IMG/VR virus record: IMGVR_UViG_3300048849_000064
Coordinates: 1 to 40,696 of that record
Source of the DNA: a virus
Lineage: Duplodnaviria; Caudoviricetes
Reading direction: 5' to 3' (one strand)
Length of the DNA stretch: 40,696 nt
Made by a program: the position numbers and the translations under genes. Position 1 is the first letter of the stretch. The number at the start of each line of letters is the position of its first letter. The notes under the pieces are model-generated. The model saw only the letters and a program-made list of their open reading frames with translations. It ran no database searches and was not told the origin of the DNA. Of the stretch, positions 24,961 to 34,559 are shown piece after piece.

Positions 24961-24975
24961 TGGAGTTCCTTAGAT

Positions 24976-26151
24976 TTATAGGTTGGGGATGGTTCCCACG
25001 GCTGTACCGGGGAGAGTTGTAGGCCATGCGACTGTGGTGCGCCAGACGATCTCTACAGAGCGCGGAGCGTATGTGTCCGCCTGACCGAGGGGACGATAGA
25101 TGCCGCCTCCGTCGATGTCGTAAGAACTCACCGAAGCGCCGCCCTCGCTGGCAAGCAGACTTTGAGAACCGCCGTAGGCTCCGAATCCTGAGGGCATGGC
25201 GAGGAACTGTGTAGCGGTCGCGCCGCCCCTCACCAATCCTCGTAGCCGAAGCGTTACGAGACCGCCCTGACGATTTATAGAGACGTGGCTGTTCGCGTCG
25301 GCCAGAGTCCATCCGTTGAGGAGTAGCGTCGAGACGTTGCGCCAACCGGTGTCTCCGTAGATCAACTGCTCACGATTGTTGACGTCGTCCCATGTGTAGA
25401 TTGCGCGGCCTGCGGTCTGGTCGACGCGCTGTGATGTGAACGCCTTCCAAGGACCCCATGTGCCTGACGACAGGGTGCGTTCCCAGAACACAACAGGGTT
25501 TTGGTTCGTGTATCGCTGGACGATGTACGTTGCGTTCATCTGGAACACTTCAAGGAACCCACGCACTAGTGCCGGGTAGTTCAGTGCTGGTGTTGCACCT
25601 CCACCGTTTGATTGCCAGTAGATACCGGCTGTCGTCACTGTGTTTAGGTCAGTCGTTCCGAGGAAGGTACCGGCGAATCCAGACACACCCGCTGGACCCT
25701 GCGAGCCGGTGGCTCCGGTGACGCCTTGGATACCCTGCGGCCCCTGAGGTCCGGTCAGTCCGGTGTCACCCTTGAGGCCTTGTGGTCCTTGTGGCCCCGT
25801 GATGATCGTAGGGACGTACTCCGGTGCCAGAGGGTCCATAGGCTGTAGGTCGGAGAGGTCGGAGTCCTGCGAGATCTGAGCATAAAAGGCCCGGAGTCTT
25901 CCGCCTGCCCAAGTCACTTCAAACTTATAACTCCAAGACCCGCTGAGAGGGTCTGTGTTCGGAGTCGATGTGCTGAGGAGATCAACGGAGATCTGTCCTC
26001 GGCAAAAATCCAACACCTGTAAGCCGCCTGCGTGGATGACGCCTGTGTCTAGGTCTTTGACACTCGGACTTGTGATCCGTAGTTGTGCCTTGGGAGGTCT
26101 AAGCCCGTTGGTCAGGCGTTCGATAGTTGCTGTGAGATGGACGTTGCTCAT
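24976..26151 (-). CDS. Tail fibre/receptor-binding protein with collagen-like and pyocin-knob-like domains
   Basis: [13 protein letters not shown]... Gly-X-Y run; [11 protein letters not shown]...NYP...GFLEV knob motif. Confidence 0.8.
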   Translation of the reverse strand: MSNVHLTATIERLTNGLRPPKAQLRITSPSVKDLDTGVIHAGGLQVLDFCRGQISVDLLSTSTPNTDPLSGSWSYKFEVTWAGGRLRAFYAQISQDSDLSDLQPMDPLAPEYVPTIITGPQGPQGLKGDTGLTGPQGPQGIQGVTGATGSQGPAGVSGFAGTFLGTTDLNTVTTAGIYWQSNGGGATPALNYPALVRGFLEVFQMNATYIVQRYTNQNPVVFWERTLSSGTWGPWKAFTSQRVDQTAGRAIYTWDDVNNREQLIYGDTGWRNVSTLLLNGWTLADANSHVSINRQGGLVTLRLRGLVRGGATATQFLAMPSGFGAYGGSQSLLASEGGASVSSYDIDGGGIYRPLGQADTYAPRSVEIVWRTTVAWPTTLPGTAVGTIPNL

Positions 26152-26381
26152 TCTTTGCTTTCCTGTGTTGGGTTATTGGTCTTGTCCTTCTCGTCATTAG
26201 GTGTTGCATCGGACCCCGGCACCTTCACCGGAAGACCGCAAATCGCGGTGCCAAGAATGGTCAGGGCTACCTGTTGTTCGGTGTCGACTAGTCCGTAGAT
26301 GTAGAGCACGTAGAACACGGCTGCGAGTACGGACGCGGCCCACGCACGTTCGGTCAGGGTTGGCTTACGCATTCGCATCAC
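26148..26381 (-). CDS. Putative holin (two TM)
   Basis: Two hydrophobic helices and a charged C-terminus; in the late operon. Confidence 0.55.
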   Translation of the reverse strand: MMRMRKPTLTERAWAASVLAAVFYVLYIYGLVDTEQQVALTILGTAICGLPVKVPGSDATPNDEKDKTNNPTQESKE

Positions 26382-28444
26382 TGCCCGATGTACGCAATAG
26401 AGACTGAGGTGCCTTGGTTACCGTCGCCGTAGATGGTCGTCGCGGCTGATGCGTACGCACGGATCTGGACCGTGTCTCCGGAGACCAACTTGAGCGTCTT
26501 GCCTAGGCTGCACGCCGTCAGGTTGTCGGTTCCCTTGAGGTGGCTAACCTGACGCCGGATGCCGTTAACCAAGATCTCGGCTCCGACCAATCCGCCGTTC
26601 AACGGGTTGATAAGGACGTTTGAGAGAACGGTGTAACGGCCATCTCTAGGGATGACGAAGCGGAGGTTGCCGTTGTCCCAGACAATCCCGTCCGCTGTCT
26701 GTACCTGATCGAACGGCACAGTTACCCACGAAATCAGGTTGAAGTTGCTACCGCGTGATCGTTCTCCGAGGATGCCCGGAGTCGGTGGAGTGATGTCCGA
26801 TGGTCCGGCTGCTGGACCTCCGGGAGGATTACTCACGGTGACGGCAGTAGATGACTCCATGAGACGAAATCCAACGGTGGTCTCCCATGACGCTGGCGTA
26901 ATGTCGTGGTCAATGGTGAGGATTCGGTAGGTGTCGTCAAGGTTCACTCCGTCGCCTGCGAACTTCACGCGGCCCTTGCGGTACAGGTCCATGGAAATGG
27001 CTGAGTCAAGGTGCTGACGGGCGTTGAACTTCACGCTGGACGCGCTGACTTTGGGGTCAGAGGTGTTCTTGAGGTAGGCCTCTGCCAACAGTCGTTCAGT
27101 GCCGTCTGTAACGGTGACGGTCGCGCTCTTCTCACCCCACTTCAATACTGAGGCGGTCGCACGGTATGGGCCGAAGACCTTGGTTCCGTTGTCCTCAACT
27201 TGGTCAACGTTTCTACGCTCGATCAGTAGCGAGTTGACAAGAGCCTGTGATGAGAACGTGGTGTCAATGTCCGTGAAGTAGATCCCCGGGACGGTAGGGC
27301 TGTCGCTGAACGTGTAGACGCTTGACAGGCCACTGACGCTGTTCTGAGCGACACCCTGCACCACGTTGGACTTGTCCACGTAGACAAAGCCGTTGAGGCT
27401 ATTGCGCGCCCATGTGAGTTGTTCTGTGGCGCTGGCGCTGTCCTGCACGGTGAGGACGTTCTGAGTAGTGTCAGCGTCCGAATCGTAGGTGTAGGACGCG
27501 ATACCGGAACCGGCGACAATCGCGGTAATTCGCTGACGTAGACTGCCGGACTTCGCCGTTGGGACTGAGTACGCGTCAAGGGTTGCCCACGCGTCAACAG
27601 CAACAATGGAAATCTTGGGCTTGCCCTTGCTGTAGTTCGTGTCAAGCGTCGAAACACGTCCGGTGAAGATCGGCACCCAACCGGCTGTGCTGTGTAGAGC
27701 GGTCAGACGGATGAGCCGCTGCGGCTGCATACGTACGTTTTTCGCGGGGTCGAAGAGCGGGTCGCTGAGAGTAGCGGTGAGCGAACCAACCTGAGGCTTG
27801 TCGGTCACTCCGTCGACGTTTGCGCCACGGCGTACCTGAATCGAGTAGGTGCCACCAATCATGTTTTGCCAGACGACCGACTCAGTGAATGGCACGTTAG
27901 TGACAGACGCTTGTGTGGCACCCTTGACGGCCATGACTTTGGAGAAGTAGACGCCATGGACGCCTTGTCCTTGGCCGTACGTTCCACCGTGAGTGATGAT
28001 GACGCGGGCACGTGCGGTGTTCGCGGGTGCCTGTGCGGGAGCCGCTGACCACACCGCCTCGGCCTCGGTAGGTGAGACGTACACGGACACTGAGGAGCCA
28101 ACAAGGACGTCCGATGAGTTGTAGAAAAACGTACGGATATAGACCGAGTTGGCGGCTGATGATGCGACGTCATTGACAAAGCCGGTCATCTGGAAACTGA
28201 CCCACTCGCCCGGACTCGTGGTGAAAGGGTCACTGACCGCCTGTGCGTTGTCGTTCGATGGTGCCTGCGCGAAGATTGACCGTCCTAGGTATCCCTTGCC
28301 GGGAGTGACAACACTGGTCAGGGTGCCTGAGGTTGCGGTAGTCCAGCCGACTGTTCCGTTCTGACCGGAGTGGTTACTTACCAAATTCTGGCTATCACTA
28401 GCATCGATTTCGAGACGGCAGATGTTCTCAATATGTGCGGGCAT
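26378..28444 (-). CDS. Minor tail (tail tip/hub) protein with carbohydrate-binding-like insert
   Basis: Directly after the TMP; IQVRRG...G.L...L.D..FDP and PIFTGRV motifs; beta-rich C-terminus. Confidence 0.8.
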   Translation of the reverse strand: MPAHIENICRLEIDASDSQNLVSNHSGQNGTVGWTTATSGTLTSVVTPGKGYLGRSIFAQAPSNDNAQAVSDPFTTSPGEWVSFQMTGFVNDVASSAANSVYIRTFFYNSSDVLVGSSVSVYVSPTEAEAVWSAAPAQAPANTARARVIITHGGTYGQGQGVHGVYFSKVMAVKGATQASVTNVPFTESVVWQNMIGGTYSIQVRRGANVDGVTDKPQVGSLTATLSDPLFDPAKNVRMQPQRLIRLTALHSTAGWVPIFTGRVSTLDTNYSKGKPKISIVAVDAWATLDAYSVPTAKSGSLRQRITAIVAGSGIASYTYDSDADTTQNVLTVQDSASATEQLTWARNSLNGFVYVDKSNVVQGVAQNSVSGLSSVYTFSDSPTVPGIYFTDIDTTFSSQALVNSLLIERRNVDQVEDNGTKVFGPYRATASVLKWGEKSATVTVTDGTERLLAEAYLKNTSDPKVSASSVKFNARQHLDSAISMDLYRKGRVKFAGDGVNLDDTYRILTIDHDITPASWETTVGFRLMESSTAVTVSNPPGGPAAGPSDITPPTPGILGERSRGSNFNLISWVTVPFDQVQTADGIVWDNGNLRFVIPRDGRYTVLSNVLINPLNGGLVGAEILVNGIRRQVSHLKGTDNLTACSLGKTLKLVSGDTVQIRAYASAATTIYGDGNQGTSVSIAYIGQ

Positions 28445-31017
28445 TAGCGGATCACCCCGGCTGCGCGCGCGGCGTCGCGTGCCTTCTCGATCTGTTGACC
28501 GTACTGAACCGGCGACATGTTGGCGTCGACGTAGACATTCATGGTTACGTCACCGGGCGCACCATAAGACGGCGCTGAGGTGTAGAGGTTCTTCTGTGAC
28601 TTGAGGGACAGTGAGCCTGAGTCCGCATATCCGGTGGCGAAAGCGTTTGCTAGTTCAGCACCACGTACTGCAACAACCTTGGCGTCCAGCGGCTTGAGCA
28701 AACCGTCCATCGTGTAGCCGCCCAACTCAGCCATGCGTTTTGAGGGACTATGAATCCCGAGGGCCTTCTTCAGACTCTTGATCAAGGCCTTACTGATGTT
28801 CTTCGCGGACTTGTTAACCTTGGCAATCAAGGTGTCAAGGCCTCTAGCAAAGCCCTCGGCGCTAGCCACTCCCGCACCATAAAGACTGTTTGCGGTGTTG
28901 GCTCCGAGGGCTCCGGAAGCGCCCGCGATTTGGCTCTGTAGCGAGTTGATACCGGCGAGCGCGGTAGGTCCGCCTGCGATGATCGCGTCTGCGAATCCCG
29001 TACCTGTCTGGACGCCCTGCTGGACGATGCTGTTGTACACGTCATCGCTAGCGCCCATGGCACGGAGGTGCGCCAACTTGGCATTAAAGGTGTTGATTGC
29101 CTGTAGGCGGTCATTCAGGAATTGGGTGATTCCGCCCGCTGTCAGGTTCTCGTTCTCACCCAACTGGAGGTTTGACAGAGAGGCGAATGAGAGTGCGCTG
29201 TCCTTGACGGCGTTCGCATAGTCATTGCGCTGTGCCTTGAGGGCTGCCAACTGTGCGGCGGCGGAGTCTCGTAGGCTTTTGAGAACAGCCTTGGTACCCT
29301 CGGCAACTTGCTTGTTGTGTTCCTTGTACCAAGCCCGGATAGCCTTAGGCTTTTTGATGTTGCGCGGCAATTCTTCATTGATGATCTTTGCGAGGCTGAG
29401 GACGGATGAGGTTACGTCGCCTGCGCGGTCGATCACTCCGAGGGCAAGGCCCTGAGACACATAGCGGCCGAATTCACGCATGATTCTTGAGGGGCTAAAA
29501 ATTGAAAGTGCACCCTTGACAGCGTCCTTGACCCCGCCTGCTAGATCCTTTGCGGCGTTGATCGCGTCGCTTGCCTTGTCGCGAATACCTTTTGCGAGTC
29601 CGGCCACAATGTCGCTACCGGCTGATAGCAAGAGTGTTGCTACGTTCCCTAGGCCAGACTTGACCTTGCCGGGGATCCCCTTGACGAAACCGACAAGCGC
29701 GCTAACGCCTGCTGAGGCCGCGCCCTTGAGCCCGTTGAACGCTGCCGAGACGACAGTCTTGATAGTCGTTCCGGCTGCCTTGAACACCGTAGTAATGACG
29801 TTCCATGCTTGGCTGATAACGGCCTTGATGGCGGTCAGGGCTCCGGAGACCACTTGCTTGAGGCCGGTCCATACGCGCTTCCAATCACCGGTGAGGATTC
29901 CGGCTACGACGTTGAAGAGGCCTTGAATAACCTTGAACGCGCCACGAACAAAGTTCATGACGTTGGTCAGGGAGTTGGTTACGTAGGTTGTGATGATGCC
30001 GCCGAACTTTGCCCATAGCGCGGTCACAATTGTGACGGTGCTGGAGATGATCGAACGGACAGCGCCAAGCACTGTTGACACGGTGGTCTGTAGTTGCGCG
30101 AACTTGCCTGACGCGCCAGTAGTACCGGAGTCCAGTCCACCGAAGAAACTACGTAGGGTCGTGATGACCGGCTCTACGTAACCCTTGACGGTGTTGAACG
30201 CGTTACCCGCTGTGGTGATCCAGCCGGGGAGTTTGTCCGCGAGGTAGGTAGCCATGGTGTCTAGCACCGGAATTAATGCTGAACCAATTGACTCCTTAAT
30301 ATTATCCACAGTCACCTTGAGGCGTTCGCCTGCTGTGGCCTGTGACGCTGCGGCTCCACCAACTTGGGAGCTGACCTCACCAAGCAAGATCTTCTGCGCT
30401 CCGAGGATGTCGCCTGAGGCAACCATGCTCTTGACCATTTGAGTCTGTTGCTTGTCGAACGTGATGCCTTGCTTACCTAGGCTTGTAAGACCCTTGAGAG
30501 GATCGTTGAGCGCCTTACCTAGGCTCTTGCTTGCAGAGTCGACAGAGCCGAAACCTGCCGCGCTGAGATCGATTGCAGCGGCTGTGGCCTGATCAAAGAT
30601 CTTGTTGCCCTTGCCGGTCTCATTACGGATGTTCTTGAACGTCAGTAGGAGGTTGGCTCCGGTCTGGATAGCCTCGTCATCTACCGCTGTTTTGTTCGAG
30701 ATAGACCCCGCGAGATCTGAGACTTGCTTAGCGCTGACGTTCGCAACACCGCCCGTGGTTTTGATAACGTTGGACGTACGCGCCATAACCTTCTGAGCCT
30801 CGCGGCCCTCGGTGACGGAGTCCGCTAGAAAGCCGCCCAACTTAGACACGCCGTAGACTGCGGCCATACCGCCGACAAGACCTTTAAGCCCGGACGCGAC
30901 TCCACCGGTAGCCTTCTGGAATCCGGTGAGTGACCCCTTGGCTTGGTTTAGGCCGCGCTGGAGTCCACTAGTATTGGACGTGATGCCGATGGTTACTCTT
31001 GTACTGCCTGCGGCCAT
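28444..31017 (-). CDS. Tape measure protein (857 aa)
   Basis: Ala/Gly-rich; W/F-spaced repeats; IFSPSR and IHSPSK motifs; position after the tail chaperone. Confidence 0.92.
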   Translation of the reverse strand: MAAGSTRVTIGITSNTSGLQRGLNQAKGSLTGFQKATGGVASGLKGLVGGMAAVYGVSKLGGFLADSVTEGREAQKVMARTSNVIKTTGGVANVSAKQVSDLAGSISNKTAVDDEAIQTGANLLLTFKNIRNETGKGNKIFDQATAAAIDLSAAGFGSVDSASKSLGKALNDPLKGLTSLGKQGITFDKQQTQMVKSMVASGDILGAQKILLGEVSSQVGGAAASQATAGERLKVTVDNIKESIGSALIPVLDTMATYLADKLPGWITTAGNAFNTVKGYVEPVITTLRSFFGGLDSGTTGASGKFAQLQTTVSTVLGAVRSIISSTVTIVTALWAKFGGIITTYVTNSLTNVMNFVRGAFKVIQGLFNVVAGILTGDWKRVWTGLKQVVSGALTAIKAVISQAWNVITTVFKAAGTTIKTVVSAAFNGLKGAASAGVSALVGFVKGIPGKVKSGLGNVATLLLSAGSDIVAGLAKGIRDKASDAINAAKDLAGGVKDAVKGALSIFSPSRIMREFGRYVSQGLALGVIDRAGDVTSSVLSLAKIINEELPRNIKKPKAIRAWYKEHNKQVAEGTKAVLKSLRDSAAAQLAALKAQRNDYANAVKDSALSFASLSNLQLGENENLTAGGITQFLNDRLQAINTFNAKLAHLRAMGASDDVYNSIVQQGVQTGTGFADAIIAGGPTALAGINSLQSQIAGASGALGANTANSLYGAGVASAEGFARGLDTLIAKVNKSAKNISKALIKSLKKALGIHSPSKRMAELGGYTMDGLLKPLDAKVVAVRGAELANAFATGYADSGSLSLKSQKNLYTSAPSYGAPGDVTMNVYVDANMSPVQYGQQIEKARDAARAAGVIR

Positions 31018-31023
31018 GTTGGG

Positions 31024-31472
31024 TCACCTTCCTTTCTTGATCTCTTTTGAAACTTCATTCCACGCTTCACGGCGTAGTGCGCTCATTGCTTGGTATTCAG
31101 TTGGCGAGACGTTGTGCGCTTTGCAGAAGTACGCTTCGTTCTTATAGATTTCGAACTCGGTTTGAGTTAGGAACCGGTAGTCTCGGATTCGTTGTCCGGC
31201 GCTTTTGGGGACGCGTCTGGGTCCGCTTCAAAGAGGTTCGCTAGATCGGTGACACCCATAGACAGGTACTTGTCGAAAGAGCGGTCTTCGCTAGAGTCCA
31301 GTAGGTACGCGGCGAATGCGAGGCTTACGGTTGCGTAGGTGTCTAGGGTGTTGATGGTGAGTCCGGTCTCTCGGTGGAGCACGATCTCGTCCTTAGGAGT
31401 GACGTTGGCGAAAGCGGTTTCCTGCTGCGCCTGTGTGTACTTCTGTGATGCGGTCATAATTTGTTCTCTCAA
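31024..31472 (-). CDS. Tail assembly chaperone G (31167-31472) and -1 frameshift product G-T (to 31024)
   Basis: Slippery C CCA AAA (31203-31209, minus strand); -1 frame open: KSAGQRIRDYRFLTQTEFEIYKNEAYFCKAHNVSPTEYQAMSALRREAWNEVSKEIKKGR*, ending 6 nt before the TMP ATG. Confidence 0.8.
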
Positions 31473-31852
31473 TTCAAATTGTGTTTACGGATGATGCTTG
31501 ATAGTTCTTGCTCGATGGCCGTGACGGCACGGTCCTTAGAGTTCTTCGCCGCCTTCTGTGCGAACAGAGTTGCGGGCTTTGATTGGTGGCCGTAGTTCAC
31601 GAACGGTGCGTAGTGCTTCGGACGTGCTCCACCGATACGCGCAATGGCTGAGCCTTTGGCGTTGTTAGGCTTGACGGTGGAGGCGAGGAGACCGGACGCC
31701 TTAGGAACCTCTTTGCGGAGTTCATCCGCGAGGATCTTTGCGCCCTTGTTCATGGCGACCTTGAGTTCAGCGGCCTCAATACCAAGGGCTTCTAGGTCCC
31801 GTATGGTTTCTCTGAGGCCGGTGATCTTAAGTCCGGCGTCCGGTCTAGCCAT
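31469..31852 (-). CDS. HK97 gp10-like tail completion protein
   Basis: ITGLRE...L...VPKASGLL...YAPFVNYG motif. Confidence 0.8.
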   Translation of the reverse strand: MARPDAGLKITGLRETIRDLEALGIEAAELKVAMNKGAKILADELRKEVPKASGLLASTVKPNNAKGSAIARIGGARPKHYAPFVNYGHQSKPATLFAQKAAKNSKDRAVTAIEQELSSIIRKHNLN

Positions 31853-31857
31853 CGCTG

Positions 31858-32286
31858 TTAGAGGGTCTGACGGTCGTATGTGTCAAACTGGATAGTTGAC
31901 TCAAACGTTGCTTCGTCAAGGCCTGCGGAAGTGCCGGTGTTTGGCTTTGCTGGCAGGGTGGCAGTCGCGGTGATAACCGGCTTGTCTGCTGCTGCTGTGC
32001 CGTTACCGAACTGTCCGTAGACGATAGTTGCGGTCTTACCGGAGTTCTTCCATAGGAAATCGAAGATTGCTCCGGTCTTGCCTGAGTACAAGAATTCGCA
32101 TTCAAGGGCCTTGCTAGAGGTGCCAGAGGCGTAATCGCTCACAGTCAAAGGGTCACCTTCTCCGTCCACCAAAACCGCGTTAATAACGTCGTCGGCTAGG
32201 TTGATGGCTGCTGAAGGTGTAGAGCCTGAAACTGTGATGGTGAGAAACGGAACTACGTTTCCGCGAATGGATGGTGAACGTGCCAT
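31858..32286 (-). CDS. Major tail (tube) protein
   Basis: 142 aa beta-rich; position between terminator and chaperone genes; RBS AAGGA. Confidence 0.75.
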   Translation of the reverse strand: MARSPSIRGNVVPFLTITVSGSTPSAAINLADDVINAVLVDGEGDPLTVSDYASGTSSKALECEFLYSGKTGAIFDFLWKNSGKTATIVYGQFGNGTAAADKPVITATATLPAKPNTGTSAGLDEATFESTIQFDTYDRQTL

Positions 32287-32305
32287 GGTGATTTTCCTTA
32301 AAGGG

Positions 32306-32662
32306 TTAAAGGGTTATGTTGTTGAAAATATTGATGACGACGGCAGGGTGTAGAAAGCCGTCTGATTCGAGAAGTTCGGGCGTCACGGACTGGACGGCCC
32401 ACGTGCCTGCTGACAGACGGGGGAGGATGTCTGTCACGGCTTCGTCCAGCCATGTGCTCGACTGCTCGTTGTCGGCGGGTGGGCCGACTACCGCGAGGGA
32501 CAGATTCATCTGCCAATCGGCGGGAGTACGGCCCGGCTCTAGGTACGGGTTGCCGTCACGGATGACGACGACCGGAGGCTCTACGCCCTCGGACACGTAC
32601 GCTTTGACGAAATAGCCGTGGAGGATCTGAACCACTTCGGCCTTGGCTTCTAGTAGGTCCAT
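32306..32662 (-). CDS. Tail terminator protein
   Basis: PPVVVI...PYL motif; synteny. Confidence 0.7.
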   Translation of the reverse strand: MDLLEAKAEVVQILHGYFVKAYVSEGVEPPVVVIRDGNPYLEPGRTPADWQMNLSLAVVGPPADNEQSSTWLDEAVTDILPRLSAGTWAVQSVTPELLESDGFLHPAVVINIFNNITL

Positions 32663-33000
32663 GACGCCTCGTCCCGTGGTGCTGGGAATGGTGAGGAGTA
32701 ACGACGGATCAAATGCCAGACGCGATTAAGTTCGTCCTTGGGGTCATAAGCGACCCCGGCTTCTCCGTCGAGACCGATAGCCTGTGCGCCGCTAGTGGTG
32801 CTGCTGCGCTTGAAGACTCCGTGGGCAACCTGCAACACCGCGTAGGTGTAGAGCGCCTGAGGCATTTCGGAGGCCGATCCCAGAGCCTCGTCCATGAGAT
32901 CGCAGGCAACTTCTACGGCCATCGTCAACTTGATTTCAGGCGCGTTCGCATTGCCTCCCATCCATGTACGGAGGTCTTCTGGAGTCGGCTTCTCAAACAT
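32650..33000 (-). CDS. Head-to-tail adaptor
   Basis: Follows the capsid gene; AVLQVA..FKR...DP....V..LI motif. Confidence 0.75.
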   Translation of the reverse strand: MFEKPTPEDLRTWMGGNANAPEIKLTMAVEVACDLMDEALGSASEMPQALYTYAVLQVAHGVFKRSSTTSGAQAIGLDGEAGVAYDPKDELNRVWHLIRRYSSPFPAPRDEASWTY

Positions 33001-33002
33001 GG

Positions 33003-34559
33003 TTAGGCTGCAACTCCGCGAACGATGCCGCCCTGAATACGGTTCGCTACTGCGATGTATCCGTAGACGCTGAAGTCCTTAGTCAGGTTGACGATGTTCT
33101 CGTCCTGAAGACGGAACGGCGCTCCGCCTGACTCGTAGGTACGCATTGCGTCTGCGGAGCACACTGAGAAGTGGCCCGTAGTACCGGAGATGACCACGAA
33201 CGGGATACCGGCTAGATCGCCTGAGATGCCCTTGAGGTTGACGGTTCCCTGAGCACGGCTGAGGAAGTACTCACCGTTAGTACCGACGTGGACGGTTGAG
33301 AGGGTCTTGAAGACATCGCGGGAGACAACAACGAAGTCCGCTGTTAGTCCGCCGTCTTCAAGGGTTCCTGCTGCGTCAACGACGAAACCGGTTAGGGAGT
33401 CAGGGTTGCTGCCGGTGTATGACGCGCTGGCTGAGGTGCTTGCAGCGCTGATGTACTGAGTACGGAAGTACGCTTCGGTACGTGCGCCGTATGCGGTTGA
33501 GAGACCTTCGAAAGCCTCACCAACTACGTTCTCGTCGCCGCGCTCGATTTCCTGACGGCTGAGTGAAGTTCCACCACCGGCAGTGATGACCGGTGCTGTA
33601 GCGCTGGTGAATGAGAACTTGCCCCATACCAAGTCGTCGCCTTCATTGGCTTGAATGTCTACGGCCAGTGTGTTGGCGTTCCACTTCTTGAACTCAAGGA
33701 CGTTGCCGGTTGCTGGCAGGGTTCCCTTAGAGAATGCGTTGATCAACTTACGTGGCTTCTGGACACGGACAATCGCGTCTTCTACCCATGAGTTAGGTGT
33801 CTTGACGTCTGCCAACTTGCCGCCTGTGTAGGCTGCGTAAATCTCGTTGGCCTTGTCGTCGCCCTTGGCTACGGCCTTGACGTACTCACCAAGAGACTGG
33901 ATCTCGTCGGCTGGGTTAGGTGCTGTTTCTACTGGTCGGGTGCTGTCGGCAAGCAAAGCAACTGATCGGGATAGTTCTGTGACCTCGTTGCGAAGTTCGC
34001 CCATTTCAACGTTCACGTTGTCGGACATATGTGTTTCCTTATTTGTGTTGGATGGAGCAGAGATCACGAAGACCTCTGTTTCTGGCACGTCGGCTGAGGC
34101 CACATGCAAGACTGATGCGCCCTTTAGGGCTGGTCTGGAGACAACTGAAATCTCCAGAAGTTCTAGAGCGGAGAACTGGTAGGTTCCGTCCTCGGCTAGT
34201 TCGTGCTCGGTTCCTTGGAAACCGACACTGAATGAATCAAGGACGCCGTCCTTGAGTAGTTGGTAAACCTCGTTGCCCTTTTCGGTTTCCGAGATGGTGG
34301 CCTCGATGTGGAGGCCTTCGGGGCTGTCGGTGTACTTGGTGACGCGGCCAATAGGCACGCCGCCCTTTGACATCTCGTGGCCCCAAAAGATCTGGACCTT
34401 TGGCAGAGACTCAAGGTCTCCGAACGCGCCCGCGAGAATCGACAACTGAGTGCCGTTCATCGCAATACCGGTGACGTTGTACGGTGCTGCGATGCCGGAC
34501 ACGGTGCGTGTCTTGGTATCTGTGGTCGCGCCGCTGAGGGCTAGTTCAAAGGTCTTCAT
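33003..34559 (-). CDS. Fused prohead protease plus HK97-fold major capsid protein
   Basis: Start ATG 34559 (MKTFEL), ATGA-coupled to portal; protease motifs WGH, PIGR, DSFSVGF, LLEISVV..PA; capsid C-terminal domain. Confidence 0.9.
   Translation of the reverse strand: MKTFELALSGATTDTKTRTVSGIAAPYNVTGIAMNGTQLSILAGAFGDLESLPKVQIFWGHEMSKGGVPIGRVTKYTDSPEGLHIEATISETEKGNEVYQLLKDGVLDSFSVGFQGTEHELAEDGTYQFSALELLEISVVSRPALKGASVLHVASADVPETEVFVISAPSNTNKETHMSDNVNVEMGELRNEVTELSRSVALLADSTRPVETAPNPADEIQSLGEYVKAVAKGDDKANEIYAAYTGGKLADVKTPNSWVEDAIVRVQKPRKLINAFSKGTLPATGNVLEFKKWNANTLAVDIQANEGDDLVWGKFSFTSATAPVITAGGGTSLSRQEIERGDENVVGEAFEGLSTAYGARTEAYFRTQYISAASTSASASYTGSNPDSLTGFVVDAAGTLEDGGLTADFVVVSRDVFKTLSTVHVGTNGEYFLSRAQGTVNLKGISGDLAGIPFVVISGTTGHFSVCSADAMRTYESGGAPFRLQDENIVNLTKDFSVYGYIAVANRIQGGIVRGVAA

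Noticed and set aside
25690-25800. Gly-X-Y nucleotide repeats
   Set aside because: Ordinary collagen-like segment of a tail fibre
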